The position numbers and the translations under genes were made by a program. DNA of 64,000 nt from an uncultured Clostridia bacterium (GTDB lineage: Bacteria; Bacillota; Clostridia; TANB77; CAG-465), in NCBI GenBank assembly GCA_944388565.1, contig CALXJG010000001.1, positions 20,313 through 84,312 on the forward strand, given 5' to 3'. The notes below the pieces were generated by a model. It worked only from the letters and a program-made list of their open reading frames with translations. It was not told the DNA's origin and did not search any database. This document shows positions 30,065-40,957 of the stretch, piece after piece (position 1 is the first letter of the stretch; the number at the start of each line of letters is the position of its first letter).

Positions 30065-30778
30065 TTACACTTTAAAGATTACTTCCTTTTTCCCGTTAAC
30101 ATATACAGAAATTTCAGAGCGAGTAATTCTCATGATTGTTTTCCACGGGAATAGCTCTACCGGAACATTGCAGTAATTAGCAACTTTTAAAAGAAGTTCT
30201 GTAGGACCATAGTCGCTGCAAAGGGAAGTGTTGCCGTAGCGTTCAATTTCGTTTTCAATTTCATTGGATAGCTTTTTTACAAACTCATTTAAGCTTTCTT
30301 CTGAAACGTTTGCATACTTTGCTCTAGCAACAGCAAGTTTGCTTAAAATGTCACTAGTATCAGATTTTTCACCATTGCTATATTTGGAAAAATCTGTTTC
30401 AAGTAGCCTATCTTTCCACCATTTTGCTGCAACTTCGCTATACTTCATTATGTTTTCCTCCTTGTAAAGTTTGTACTCTTTATATGAACAAGAAAAAATC
30501 TCTTGATCATTTACAGGTATGTCTAAGGCTTTTAATATTTCAATAGTACCAAGAGGTCCTATTCCTCTATATCCAGCACTTACATCTGTAATATAAAACC
30601 TAACATCTCCTGTTTGGATTTGTAAAGGATATGTCTTGGGATTATTTGGATTTATTTTACTTGCATCATAATTAATACAAGCTGTAATATTTCCTTTTTT
30701 TCCCCACCGATTGATAGCAGCTATTGCTCTTTTAACGCTGTCTTTTGTGTTTCCAGTTCTAATACTTATCTTTTGCAT
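30065..30778 (-). CDS. hypothetical two-domain protein; N-terminal ~100 aa paralogous to adjacent 113-aa protein
   Basis: ORF in compositionally distinct (GC-richer) segment; shared motif PL.I.T.D..F...D..AGY.G.GP.GT.E.LK.LD. Confidence 0.6.
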   Translation of the reverse strand: MQKISIRTGNTKDSVKRAIAAINRWGKKGNITACINYDASKINPNNPKTYPLQIQTGDVRFYITDVSAGYRGIGPLGTIEILKALDIPVNDQEIFSCSYKEYKLYKEENIMKYSEVAAKWWKDRLLETDFSKYSNGEKSDTSDILSKLAVARAKYANVSEESLNEFVKKLSNEIENEIERYGNTSLCSDYGPTELLLKVANYCNVPVELFPWKTIMRITRSEISVYVNGKKEVIFKV

Positions 30779-30791
30779 ATATAAATCCTTT

Positions 30792-31133
30792 CTATCTTCT
30801 AATTAACAGATTTGTAATACCATTTTCACGTCGCCGATAAATTTCATTTTCATCAAACGTCATGTCAAGGTATTTTAAAACTTCTACTGTTCCTTGTGGA
30901 CCGGTTCCACCATAACCAGCGGTACAATCTGCAAGGCAGAATACGTAGTCATCAGTGTATATCGTAAGCGGAAATGTTAAGGGATCTTGCTCGTAGGAGA
31001 TAAGTTCGTTTACATTGTAGTAAACCTTTGCATATCTAACTTTATCATTAGATAAACAAAGTTTTTTGAAAATCTCCATAAAAGATTTAATAGTTCTTTC
31101 AGTTGAACCTTCCATGATTGCAATTGTTTTCAT
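30792..31133 (-). CDS. hypothetical protein (113 aa), single-domain paralog of N-terminal domain of 30065-30778 product
   Basis: ORF; motif DCTAGYGGTGPQGTVEVLKYLD aligns to DVSAGYRGIGPLGTIEILKALD. Confidence 0.6.
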   Translation of the reverse strand: MKTIAIMEGSTERTIKSFMEIFKKLCLSNDKVRYAKVYYNVNELISYEQDPLTFPLTIYTDDYVFCLADCTAGYGGTGPQGTVEVLKYLDMTFDENEIYRRRENGITNLLIRR

Positions 31134-31322
31134 TTTACATCCTCCATAATTATATATTTGGTATAAAACAATACTATAAATATTATACCACTTTTCTTTA
31201 TTTATGTCAACAATAGTGATTAAAAGTATATTAAACAGAATGTTACATTAAATTGATTATATATACTATATTTTTATTTAATTTTATGATATAATAAAAA
31301 ATATTTTATTTGAGGTGGTTTT

Positions 31323-31862
31323 ATGAAATTATTATTAACCAGACATGGAGAAACAAATTGGAATAAAGAAGGAAAAATACAAGGTATAACAGATATAGAG
31401 TTAAATGATAATGGAAGAGAGCAAGCAATTAAAACTAGTGATAAGCTAAAAGATGAAGAAATTGACTTAATTCTTTCATCACCTTTAAAAAGAGCAAGAG
31501 AAACAGCTGAGATAATTTCAAAGAATAATAATATACCTATCATTATTTGTGATGAACTTAAAGAAAGAACTTTTGGAAACTTTGAAGGTAAAACTAAGTA
31601 TGATTTTAATTTTAAAGAAATATTTAATTATAAATTAAATGTTAATTACGAAGGTATTGAAAGTATGGGAGATTTATTTCATAGAGTGCATGGTTTTATC
31701 GAAAAAATAAAAGATGAATATGGTGAGAAAAATATATTACTTGTGACACATGGTGGAGTAGCTGTTGCAGTTAGAATATATTTTGAGGGGATTCCTGAAG
31801 GAATGGAAGTAATAGAAGGTTTTGGTATTAAAAATTGTGAAGTAATAAAATATGAAATATGA
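31323..31862 (+). CDS. histidine phosphatase family protein (phosphoglycerate-mutase-like)
   Basis: LLTRHGETNWN catalytic RHG motif. Confidence 0.8.
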   Translation: MKLLLTRHGETNWNKEGKIQGITDIELNDNGREQAIKTSDKLKDEEIDLILSSPLKRARETAEIISKNNNIPIIICDELKERTFGNFEGKTKYDFNFKEIFNYKLNVNYEGIESMGDLFHRVHGFIEKIKDEYGEKNILLVTHGGVAVAVRIYFEGIPEGMEVIEGFGIKNCEVIKYEI

Positions 31863-31988
31863 TTTAAGTCTATATGCTATAATAACGTAAAGTTACATAT
31901 AGTGTAGTAAATTTAACTAAAAATCGTTGTATAAATTAGTAAAATGTGATAAAATATATTGTATAGTTTTGAAAGGGGAAGTTTAATT

Positions 31989-32252
31989 ATGTTAGCAAAT
32001 CCAAATATATCACAAATTATGCCAAAGGCTGGAAATAGATATCAATCAGCTTTAGCTATTGCAAAAAGAGCTAGAAGTATTGAAAACAGAAGATTAATAG
32101 AAGGAGATAGAGATATACATGATGCAGTAGATGTTGCATCAGAAGAGATTGTTTCTGGTAAAGTAAAAGTATTAATAAACGGTGAATATGTAGATAAAAC
32201 TGTTAATTCTAATATAATTAGTGATGAAGTAAAAGATATTGTTGAGGAGTAA
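31989..32252 (+). CDS. rpoZ: DNA-directed RNA polymerase subunit omega
   Basis: NRYQSALAIAKRARSI matches RpoZ core; AAAGGGGA RBS before ATG 31989. Confidence 0.6.
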   Translation: MLANPNISQIMPKAGNRYQSALAIAKRARSIENRRLIEGDRDIHDAVDVASEEIVSGKVKVLINGEYVDKTVNSNIISDEVKDIVEE

Positions 32253-32254
32253 TT

Positions 32255-32818
32255 ATGGTAAATAAGCATATAATTTCATTAGCAGGAGATTTAGCAAGTG
32301 GGAAAGGTACTGTTTCGTTATTATTAAAAGAAGATTTAGGATATACTATATATAGAAATGGTGACTATGTAAGAGCTCTTGCAAAAGAAAAAAACATGTC
32401 AATAACTGAATTTAACATATATCTAGAATCACATCCACAGATAGATATTCAAATTGAAAAAAGTGCAGCTGAATATGCCAAAAATAATGATAATTTAATA
32501 ATAGATGCTCGTTTAGGTTGGTATGCTGTTCCACATTCATTTAAGGTATATCTAAAAGTAGATATAGATGTTTCTGCAAAAAGAGCCTTTAATGATCCAA
32601 AAAGAAAGGCAACTGAAAGTTTTAATACTATAGAAGAACAAAAACAAGATATAATAAAAAGATATAATTTAGAAAATGAAAGATATTTTAAGCTTTATGG
32701 TATCAGAAAAGATGACATGTCAAACTACGATTTAGTAATAGATACTACTAATATGACAGCAAAAGAGACAAGCGATAAAATAAAAGAAGAGTATTTTAAA
32801 TGGCTAGATAAACAGTAG
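32255..32818 (+). CDS. cytidylate-kinase-like P-loop kinase family protein
   Basis: atypical Walker A LAGDLASGKGT; region IDARLGWYAVPHSFKVYLKVDIDVSAKRA parallels CMK lid. Confidence 0.5.
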   Translation: MVNKHIISLAGDLASGKGTVSLLLKEDLGYTIYRNGDYVRALAKEKNMSITEFNIYLESHPQIDIQIEKSAAEYAKNNDNLIIDARLGWYAVPHSFKVYLKVDIDVSAKRAFNDPKRKATESFNTIEEQKQDIIKRYNLENERYFKLYGIRKDDMSNYDLVIDTTNMTAKETSDKIKEEYFKWLDKQ

Positions 32819-32838
32819 TTATTTTTAGGAGGTTTTTT

Positions 32839-34203
32839 ATGAGAAAATATTTCGGTACTGATGGTATTAGAAGAATTGCAAATACAGAACTTTCACCAGA
32901 ATTAGTTTTTAGAGTTGCTAAGGCTGGGGCATATGTTTTATCAAAACATACAGATCATATGCCAACAATTCTTATAGGAAGAGATACTAGAATATCTGGT
33001 ACTTTAATTGAGAGCTCTATGATATCAGGTTTTTTAAGTTATGGAGCAAATGTTAAAACTTTAGGGGTATTACCAACTCCTGCTGTTGCATATTTAACCA
33101 AAAAATTAAATGCAGATGCAAGTGTTGTTATATCAGCATCACATAACACATATGAGTTTAATGGAGTTAAATATTTTAGCAATAAAGGTATGAAAATACC
33201 AGATTCTATTGAAGAAGAAATAGAAGAAGTAATGGATTCTGACAAGATGAGTGAACTTGTAGCTGTCAATGAAAATATAGGTATTTCAGAATCAGGAGAA
33301 GAACTTGTATATGAATACATATATTTTATAGAGGGAATATTTAGAGACAGCTTATTAAAAAATGCAAATAAAGATTTTAAAGTAGTTATAGATACTGCAA
33401 ATGGTGCAACTTCACAAATAGCTGAAAAGATATTCTCAGATTTAGGAATTAACTTTACAATAATAAATAATAAACCAAATGGGGTAAATATTAATGATAA
33501 TTGTGGCTCTACACATTTAGAAGGACTTAGAAAATATGTACTTGAAAATGGTTATGATTTGGGTATAGCATATGATGGAGATGGAGATAGATGTCTTGCA
33601 ATAGATGAAAATGGTGATTTAATTGACGGAGATAAAATACTTGCTGTTTCTTCTAAATATCTAAAAGAAAATAACAAACTTTCAAAGGATACGATTGTAG
33701 CTACTGTTATGAGTAATCTTGGATTAAATGTATATGCTAAAAATAATAACTTAAATCTAATACAAACAAAAGTTGGAGATAGATATGTGTTAGAAGAGAT
33801 GCTAGAAAATGGTTATAATATCGGTGGTGAGCAATCTGGCCATATAATCTTTTTAGACTACAATCCAACTGGAGATGGAATACTTACTTCATTAATGCTT
33901 TTACAAATTATACTTGAGAAAAAAGTAAGTGCATCTAAACTTTGTGATATTATAGATATTTATCCTCAAGTCCTTGTAAATGCTAAGGTAAGTAATGATA
34001 GAAAGTATGATTTTGATAAAGATGAAGAAATCGTTAAGCAAATAAAAGAAGTGGAAGAAGAATTTGCTGGAAATGGAAGAGTCCTTATTAGAACATCTGG
34101 AACTGAACCATTAGTTAGAGTTATGATTGAAGGTAAAGATCAAGAATATATAACTAAAAAAGCAAATGATATTGCAAAATTAATAGAAGAAAGATTAAAA
34201 TAA
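32839..34203 (+). CDS. glmM: phosphoglucosamine mutase-like phosphohexomutase
   Basis: active-site Ser motif ISASHNTYEFNGVKYF, metal loop DGDGDR, size 454 aa. Confidence 0.6.
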   Translation: MRKYFGTDGIRRIANTELSPELVFRVAKAGAYVLSKHTDHMPTILIGRDTRISGTLIESSMISGFLSYGANVKTLGVLPTPAVAYLTKKLNADASVVISASHNTYEFNGVKYFSNKGMKIPDSIEEEIEEVMDSDKMSELVAVNENIGISESGEELVYEYIYFIEGIFRDSLLKNANKDFKVVIDTANGATSQIAEKIFSDLGINFTIINNKPNGVNINDNCGSTHLEGLRKYVLENGYDLGIAYDGDGDRCLAIDENGDLIDGDKILAVSSKYLKENNKLSKDTIVATVMSNLGLNVYAKNNNLNLIQTKVGDRYVLEEMLENGYNIGGEQSGHIIFLDYNPTGDGILTSLMLLQIILEKKVSASKLCDIIDIYPQVLVNAKVSNDRKYDFDKDEEIVKQIKEVEEEFAGNGRVLIRTSGTEPLVRVMIEGKDQEYITKKANDIAKLIEERLK

Positions 34204-34338
34204 TAAAAATATAGCGCTCCAAATAACATGGAGCGTTATATTTATGCCTTGATATAATATTGACTAATATTGATATGTATGATATAATGTTAACATAATG
34301 TAAATAAAATCCAATGTATAATTAAGGAGGAAAGACCG

Positions 34339-34605
34339 GTGGGATTCATCGTAAATATTGTAGCATTGCTTGGGTTAATTGCATTTTTTGTGGTTAAGAT
34401 ATTTGTCTATCTTATCAGTGGAAATGTAAACCTAACATCTACATTTGCTATTTCAGGCTTTGTATCTCTAATCTTATTTATTACTAACAAGATAGGAGGA
34501 ATTGATACATTTATATTTGTTTTCTTTGTGCTTTCAATATTCTTTTTGGGAGGACTTTTAAGTGAAATTTATAGAAAAGGAAATAGATATAAAGATATGA
34601 AATGA
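34339..34605 (+). CDS. small membrane protein (3 TM), function unknown
   Basis: ORF with hydrophobic segments. Confidence 0.4.
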   Translation: MGFIVNIVALLGLIAFFVVKIFVYLISGNVNLTSTFAISGFVSLILFITNKIGGIDTFIFVFFVLSIFFLGGLLSEIYRKGNRYKDMK

Positions 34606-34698
34606 GAAATGGACATTTCAGGGATAATACCTTGAAATGTTTTTTTCTTTCCTTGACATGCAAACTAGTGTTTAGTATAATATATTTGAGGTAATAAT

Positions 34699-36960
34699 AT
34701 GAAAATTGCTAAAGTTTTGATTAATACGTCTGTAAAGAGTTTAAATAAAGTATATGATTATCTTGTGCCAGAAAAAATGGAACAGGATATTAAAATAGGT
34801 AAGCGAGTTTTAGTTTCATTTGGTAAAGGCAGAAGTGATGAAGAAGCAATAATTGTAAAAATAGAAGAAAAAACAGCTGAGGAATTAAAAAGTTATAATT
34901 ACAAGTTAAAGGAGATAATTGAGATTCTTGACGAAGTATCATATATAAATGAGTCAAGATTAAAGCTTGCAAAATATATTTCTTTTTTGTATTTTTGTAA
35001 TGTATATGATGCATTAAAGTTAATGTTACCTCCCGGTACAAAATCTAAAAATACCAAAAAAAGCTTAAATACTAAGCAAAATACGTTAGTAAAGCTTATA
35101 AAAAATCAAGAAGAGATTATGGAAGATATAGAAAATAATGTTATAACTAGTGCTAAACATATAAAACTATTAACTTTTTTAATGTACAATGATTATGTGT
35201 TAATAAATGATATTATCGATGGTTTAGAGATATCTAGACAGGTTATAAATACAGTAGAAAAAAATGGATATATTACTTTAGAAAAAGTGGACATAAAGCC
35301 AGATTTTTTAACAGAATTTAAAGTTTCACCTACAGAGCCTAAAAAGCCAACACCCGAACAAGAATTTGCAATTGATAGAATAAATAGTTATATAGATAGT
35401 AATGAATACAAACAATGTCTATTGTTTGGAGTAACTGGAAGCGGAAAAACTGAAGTGTATTTACAAGTAATAAAAAGAGTTTTGGAAAAAGGAAAAAGGG
35501 CAATAGTACTTGTTCCTGAAATTTCTCTTACTTACCAGACAGTTAATAGGTTTGTATCAAGATTTGGAAATAATATAGCAATTCTTCATAGTAAAATGAC
35601 AGTTTCTAAAAGAAAAGAAGAGTATAAAAGAATAAAAAATGGTGAAGTTGATATAATAATAGGAGCTAGATCTGCTATTTTTGCACCAGTTGATAATTTA
35701 GGTCTTGTAATTATAGATGAAGAACATGATGGAAGTTATTATTCTCAGACTACTCCTAAATATTCAACTAAAGAAGTTGCTTCATATATATGTAAAGAGA
35801 ATAATGCAACTTTAATACTTGGTTCTGCGACACCAGAAATATCATCATTTTATAAAGCACAAGCTGGTATAATGGATATAGTTACAATGGAAAATAGACC
35901 AGGTACTGCTGTTATGCCAAAAATTGAAATTGTAAATATGAAATATGATAGAGTTTTAGGAAATACCTCTGATATTAGCTTAAGATTAAAAGAAGAAATT
36001 AAGAAAAATATTGATAAAAATGAGCAGACGATGATATTTTTAAATAGAAGAGGATATCTTTCATATTTAAGATGTAATGAATGTTCGTATATATTTAAGT
36101 GCCCAAATTGTGATGTTGCTTTTGTTTATCATAAAACTAGTAATTTATTACATTGTCATTATTGTTCACATGTTGAAAGAAATGTACATAAATGTCCTTG
36201 TTGTGGAAGCGAAAATATATCTAGTAGTACAATTGGTACACAAAGGTTAGAAGAAGAATTAAAGGAAATATTTCCAGGAGTTACCACTTTAAGAATGGAT
36301 GCTGATACAACTGTTGCTAAAGATTCACATCAAAAAATATTAGATAAATTTAAAAATGAGAATATAAATATATTAATTGGGACACAAATGATAAGTAAAG
36401 GACATGATATTGAAAATGTTACCCTAGTTGGAATATTAGGTGTAGATACAATGCTTGGAATGGATGACTATTTGTCATCTGAAAGAGCTTTTTCAAATAT
36501 TTCACAAGTATCAGGAAGAGCTGGACGAGCAAAACTTCCAGGAAGAGTATTAATCCAAACTAATGATCCAGATAATTATATATTAAATGCAGTTATAAAT
36601 AATTCATATATTGAATTTTATGAAAAAGAGATTAAGCATAGAAAAAAATTTGGTTATCCTCCATTTATAGATATTGTGTTATTTGAGATAAGTGGAAGAA
36701 ATTTTTATTTAGTAAAGTCTGAAATAGATAGATTATACAATATTTTAAATAGTGAAAATACAGGTATATATAAAGTGTTTAATCCTAAGGCACCATTTAT
36801 ACAGAAAATTAATAATAAGTTTAGAGTTAATATAATTGTAAAGACTAAATTAAATACTAATAGTTATAATAAGTTATATGAGAAAATAAATATATTTAGT
36901 AAAACAAAGAAAAATGGCGTTAATATGGTAGTTACAAGAAACCCTATATTTATAGGATAG
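34699..36960 (+). CDS. priA: primosomal protein N' (replication restart helicase)
   Basis: Walker A GVTGSGKTEVY, DEEH, Cys-rich Zn-finger (CNECSY...CPNCD...CHYCSH...CPCCGS). Confidence 0.9.
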   Translation: MKIAKVLINTSVKSLNKVYDYLVPEKMEQDIKIGKRVLVSFGKGRSDEEAIIVKIEEKTAEELKSYNYKLKEIIEILDEVSYINESRLKLAKYISFLYFCNVYDALKLMLPPGTKSKNTKKSLNTKQNTLVKLIKNQEEIMEDIENNVITSAKHIKLLTFLMYNDYVLINDIIDGLEISRQVINTVEKNGYITLEKVDIKPDFLTEFKVSPTEPKKPTPEQEFAIDRINSYIDSNEYKQCLLFGVTGSGKTEVYLQVIKRVLEKGKRAIVLVPEISLTYQTVNRFVSRFGNNIAILHSKMTVSKRKEEYKRIKNGEVDIIIGARSAIFAPVDNLGLVIIDEEHDGSYYSQTTPKYSTKEVASYICKENNATLILGSATPEISSFYKAQAGIMDIVTMENRPGTAVMPKIEIVNMKYDRVLGNTSDISLRLKEEIKKNIDKNEQTMIFLNRRGYLSYLRCNECSYIFKCPNCDVAFVYHKTSNLLHCHYCSHVERNVHKCPCCGSENISSSTIGTQRLEEELKEIFPGVTTLRMDADTTVAKDSHQKILDKFKNENINILIGTQMISKGHDIENVTLVGILGVDTMLGMDDYLSSERAFSNISQVSGRAGRAKLPGRVLIQTNDPDNYILNAVINNSYIEFYEKEIKHRKKFGYPPFIDIVLFEISGRNFYLVKSEIDRLYNILNSENTGIYKVFNPKAPFIQKINNKFRVNIIVKTKLNTNSYNKLYEKINIFSKTKKNGVNMVVTRNPIFIG

Positions 36961-37055
36961 TATATTTTGTCATTTATGCTTTAATTTTTTAAGTTTACTT
37001 GAAAATTATTTTGTTTTATTATACAATTATTATATGGTTAAAGGGGTTTGATAAT

Positions 37056-38669
37056 ATGAATATTACTTTTTATGGTGCTGCTAGGTCTGTAACAGGCTCA
37101 TGTCATTTAGTAGATGCATGCGGGAAAAAATTTTTAATAGATTGTGGTATGTTTCAAGGAAAACTTACAGATCAAATATTAAATTATGAAGATTTTCCTT
37201 TTGATATAAATTCTATAGATTTTGTTGTATTAACACATGCTCATATAGATCATAGTGGGAGAATACCGAAGTTATATAAACAAGGTTATACAGGAACTAT
37301 ATATGCAACAAGTGCTACTTTAGATTTATGTAGTATAATGCTTGCAGATAGTGGACATATACAAGAAAAGGAAATAGAATGGGTAAATAGAAAAAGAAAA
37401 AGGGCAGGAAAAAAAGAAAATGAAGCTATGTATACTGCTCAAGATGGTATTGATTCTTTAAAATTATTTAAAGGTGTCGAGTATAATGAGGAAGTTATTA
37501 TAGATGACAATATATCTTTTAAATTTGTTGATGCAGGTCATATGTTAGGATCAGCAATTGTAGAGTTATATGTTAATGAAGACGGTAAAAAACAAAAAAT
37601 CGTATTTTCTGGTGATTTAGGTAATCTAAATATGCCAATAATAAATGATCCAACATATATTGATGGTACTGATTATTTAGTAATGGAGTCAACTTATGGA
37701 GATAGACTACATGGAGAAATTAAAGACCAATCAAGTGAGCTTATAAATATAATGATTGATACTTATGAAAGAGGCGGAAATTTAATAATACCTTCATTTG
37801 CTGTAGGAAGGACACAGGAAATACTATATGAAATAAATAAATATGCGGCAACAACAGAAATTGGTGCGAAACTTGCAAAAATACCTGTATATGTTGATAG
37901 TCCTCTTGCTGTAAGTGCAACTAAGATATTTGAAGAAAATCCAGAATATTATGATGAAGATGCACTAAGATATCTTTTAAAAGGAGACAATCCATTAGAG
38001 TTTTCTAATTTACATTTTGTAGAGTCTTCAGAAGAGTCTAAGGCTTTAAATGAAGATAAATCTCCAAAAGTTATAATATCTGCTAGTGGTATGTGTGAAG
38101 TTGGTAGAATAAAACATCACTTAAAACATAATTTATATAGACCTGAAAGTACAATTCTTTTCGTAGGTTTCCAAGCCGAAGGAACTTTGGGTAAAAGAAT
38201 CTTAAGCGGTGAAAGAATTGTAAAAATATTTGGTGAAGAAATAGCTGTAAATGCTGAAGTAAGATATTTGGATGCTTTCTCTGGTCATGCGGATAAAAAT
38301 GGGCTTTTAGAGTGGATTAGAAAAATGAATAAAAAACCAAGTAATATATTCTTAGTACATGGAGAATATAGTGGTCAACAGGCGTTAAAAGCTTCTATTG
38401 AAGAAGAATTTGGAATAAAAACAATAATTCCAGACTTTGAAGAAACTTATACAGCAGATGGTAAATTACTTGAAGGTGTAATGCCTAAATATCAATCTAC
38501 TAGATTTGATATACTTGAAATGTTATCTTATCTAAAACAAGATGTTGATGATGTATCTAATACAGTAAAGGCTGAGATTAAGAATAATCCAGATGAAAAT
38601 GATTTATTAAAAATACTAAGAAAACTTGAAGAAGTAAAAGCAGCTTTAGTAAATGTAAGAGAAAAATAA
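37056..38669 (+). CDS. MBL-fold beta-CASP RNA-processing exonuclease (COG1236 / TTHA0252-like)
   Basis: MNITFYGAARSVTGSCHLV..., HAHIDHSGRIP metallo-beta-lactamase motif; ATG 37056 after AAAGGGG. Confidence 0.7.
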   Translation: MNITFYGAARSVTGSCHLVDACGKKFLIDCGMFQGKLTDQILNYEDFPFDINSIDFVVLTHAHIDHSGRIPKLYKQGYTGTIYATSATLDLCSIMLADSGHIQEKEIEWVNRKRKRAGKKENEAMYTAQDGIDSLKLFKGVEYNEEVIIDDNISFKFVDAGHMLGSAIVELYVNEDGKKQKIVFSGDLGNLNMPIINDPTYIDGTDYLVMESTYGDRLHGEIKDQSSELINIMIDTYERGGNLIIPSFAVGRTQEILYEINKYAATTEIGAKLAKIPVYVDSPLAVSATKIFEENPEYYDEDALRYLLKGDNPLEFSNLHFVESSEESKALNEDKSPKVIISASGMCEVGRIKHHLKHNLYRPESTILFVGFQAEGTLGKRILSGERIVKIFGEEIAVNAEVRYLDAFSGHADKNGLLEWIRKMNKKPSNIFLVHGEYSGQQALKASIEEEFGIKTIIPDFEETYTADGKLLEGVMPKYQSTRFDILEMLSYLKQDVDDVSNTVKAEIKNNPDENDLLKILRKLEEVKAALVNVREK

Positions 38670-38671
38670 CA

Positions 38672-38705
38672 TAAGTGACAACTAGTAAAAACTGGTTGTC
38701 ATTTT
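38672..38705 (+). terminator. rho-independent terminator
   Basis: tgacaac-loop-gttgtca + TTTTTT. Confidence 0.6.
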
Positions 38706-38849
38706 TTGTCGATTTATTTATTGTAAATATTGATTTTTAAAACTATGGGTGATAAAATAAAAACAAAGAATTTGAAAAAAATAGGGATAATTTCATTATT
38801 TAGCTTTATAAAAAATGTATTATTAATAAATAGTTAAGGAGGAGTAGTA

Positions 38850-39365
38850 ATGGAAAAAATAGAAACTTGGAATGCTATAGTAAAAGAGCAATGTAATATT
38901 GCAGATAAGTTTATTGAGATTGCTACTGACTCTCTAAGACTTCAAACAAGAATGAGGTTCTTATGTCGGGAAGTTATAGAGTATTTAAAAGAAGAAGGCT
39001 TTGAAGTGATTTTAAAGGATTGTTACTTACCTAATTTAGATATTTATAACATATATTGGGAAAATAGTACTTTTGGAAAAGCCAAAAAAGCTAGAGACAT
39101 AGTAGTAAATTCTCAATATGATAAACTTAAAGCATGTATTAAGATTAAGCAAAAAGAAAATCCATCATTAATTTCTATTATAGGGATTAATTGCTGCTAT
39201 GAAGTTATAAGACGCATTGCAGAAGATGGATTCGATGTAGAATTTACAAGAAATATTAATAACGCAAAAGAAATTTATTGTGTTAATCTTAGGGCAATTG
39301 ATTTTAATAGAAAGAATTTTGGGGCAATAACAGAAGTTAATGTAAAAGATGTTAAAGTAGGATGA
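38850..39365 (+). CDS. hypothetical protein
   Basis: ORF with AGGAGG RBS; followed by hairpin terminator 39361-39392. Confidence 0.5.
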   Translation: MEKIETWNAIVKEQCNIADKFIEIATDSLRLQTRMRFLCREVIEYLKEEGFEVILKDCYLPNLDIYNIYWENSTFGKAKKARDIVVNSQYDKLKACIKIKQKENPSLISIIGINCCYEVIRRIAEDGFDVEFTRNINNAKEIYCVNLRAIDFNRKNFGAITEVNVKDVKVG

Positions 39366-39432
39366 CTAGTTTATACTAGTCATCTTTTTTCTAAATTTAA
39401 TAATAACTACATATTATATAATAGGTGATATA

Positions 39433-40377
39433 ATGAAAGGTATAATTGTAGATGGACATTGTGATAGCTTAAATGAGGCATATAAGCAAAAAAAGAACTT
39501 AGATGATATAAATTTAATGTTTAATATAAAAATAGCTAAGAAACCATATTTGCAATTTCTAGCCACATTTATAAACGATGAAATATTAAAAGATAATATA
39601 AATAATGGATATAGGTATGGAAATAATGTAATCAATTATTTTTACAATCAGTATAACATATTAAAAGAAAAATATAACTTAGAAATAATAAAATCTAAAA
39701 ATGACTTAGAAAACATTGATAAAGATACTTTAGGAATATTACTTTCTACAGAAAATGGAGGAATTATTGGTAATGATAAAGAAAATATTGTAAGGTTATA
39801 TAAAAAAGGAATTAGAGTTATGGGTATTACATGGAATAACGATAACTTACTTGGATGTGGTGCACTTACAAAAAAAGATACAGGACTTACTGAATTTGGA
39901 AAAGAGTGTATTAAAGTTATGAATGAGCTTGGAATTATAGTTGATGTGTCGCATACTTCATATAATACTTTTTATGACATAATTAATATTTCAAAGAAAG
40001 TTTTAGCCACTCATTCCAATGTATATAATATAAAAAATCATCCTAGAAATTTAAGTGATAATCAAATATGTGAAATAGCAAAATTAGATGGAATTATAGG
40101 AATTTGTTTATGTAAAGATTTTCTAGGAGATAACAATGTTACTATTTATGATATAGTAAAACATATAGATTACATTGTAAATTTAGTTGGAATAAACCAT
40201 GTTGCAATTGGTACTGATTTTGATGGAGTAGAAAAAGAAGATTTACCTACTGGTATAAATAATGTTAAAGATATATATAAGATTAAAGATGCATTAAAAG
40301 AAAATTCATATGATGATGAAAGTATATATAAAATTATGGGAGGGAATTATATAAGATATTTAAAAGATAATATATAA
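39433..40377 (+). CDS. membrane dipeptidase (peptidase M19) family protein
   Basis: MKGIIVDGHCDSL N-terminal motif, HxD..., size 314 aa. Confidence 0.75.
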   Translation: MKGIIVDGHCDSLNEAYKQKKNLDDINLMFNIKIAKKPYLQFLATFINDEILKDNINNGYRYGNNVINYFYNQYNILKEKYNLEIIKSKNDLENIDKDTLGILLSTENGGIIGNDKENIVRLYKKGIRVMGITWNNDNLLGCGALTKKDTGLTEFGKECIKVMNELGIIVDVSHTSYNTFYDIINISKKVLATHSNVYNIKNHPRNLSDNQICEIAKLDGIIGICLCKDFLGDNNVTIYDIVKHIDYIVNLVGINHVAIGTDFDGVEKEDLPTGINNVKDIYKIKDALKENSYDDESIYKIMGGNYIRYLKDNI

Positions 40378-40562
40378 ATAAATGAGTATTAGAAAAAATT
40401 TAATACTCATTTCAGACTGGTGATAAAGTAATTTTAGAAATGGTATTTTCGTTTCTTAAAAAGTGTGATAAAATATAAATATGAGTAAAGGAATCTTCTA
40501 ACACCAATTTGAGCCTTTTACTCTTTGTATATACTATGTATATACAAAAGAAGTTGATAAAA

Positions 40563-40724
40563 ATGAGAACTACTATTCAAAAATGGGGGAATAGCCAAGG
40601 AGTAAGGATACCAAAAAGGCAAAAAAACAGAAAAAATCTTAAAGAACTTTTTAAGGATTATAATGGAGAGTATGAGTCAGTAGAAATTGACTGGGGTGAA
40701 GCAAAAGGAAAAGAAATATGGTAA
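40563..40724 (+). pseudogene. MazE/AbrB-family antitoxin-like remnant with internal deletion, no cognate toxin gene
   Basis: IQKWGNSQGVRIPK (SpoVT/AbrB swapped-hairpin) and C-terminus VEIDWGEAKGKEIW resemble MazE ends; middle ~30 aa absent. Confidence 0.4.
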
Positions 40725-40957
40725 AACAAGGAACAATAATAAATTTTAACCTATAGATGTCGTTTATTCTGAAATAGAACTAATAGAAGCGGACTAAAAA
40801 GGTCTAGCTTCTTTTTTCGATGTTACATAAGGTATACAAATACAGTACTTGCTCGGAGAATAAAAATAATTTATTGTAAATTATCAAAAAAATAGTCAAG
40901 TTTGAAATTTAAACTTAACTATTATTTTATATGTAATTTTTTTACAGCCCAAAATTT

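Noticed and set aside
30264-30467. 67-aa plus-strand ORF inside the GC-rich islet
   Set aside because: Antisense to the 237-aa paralog gene. No RBS.
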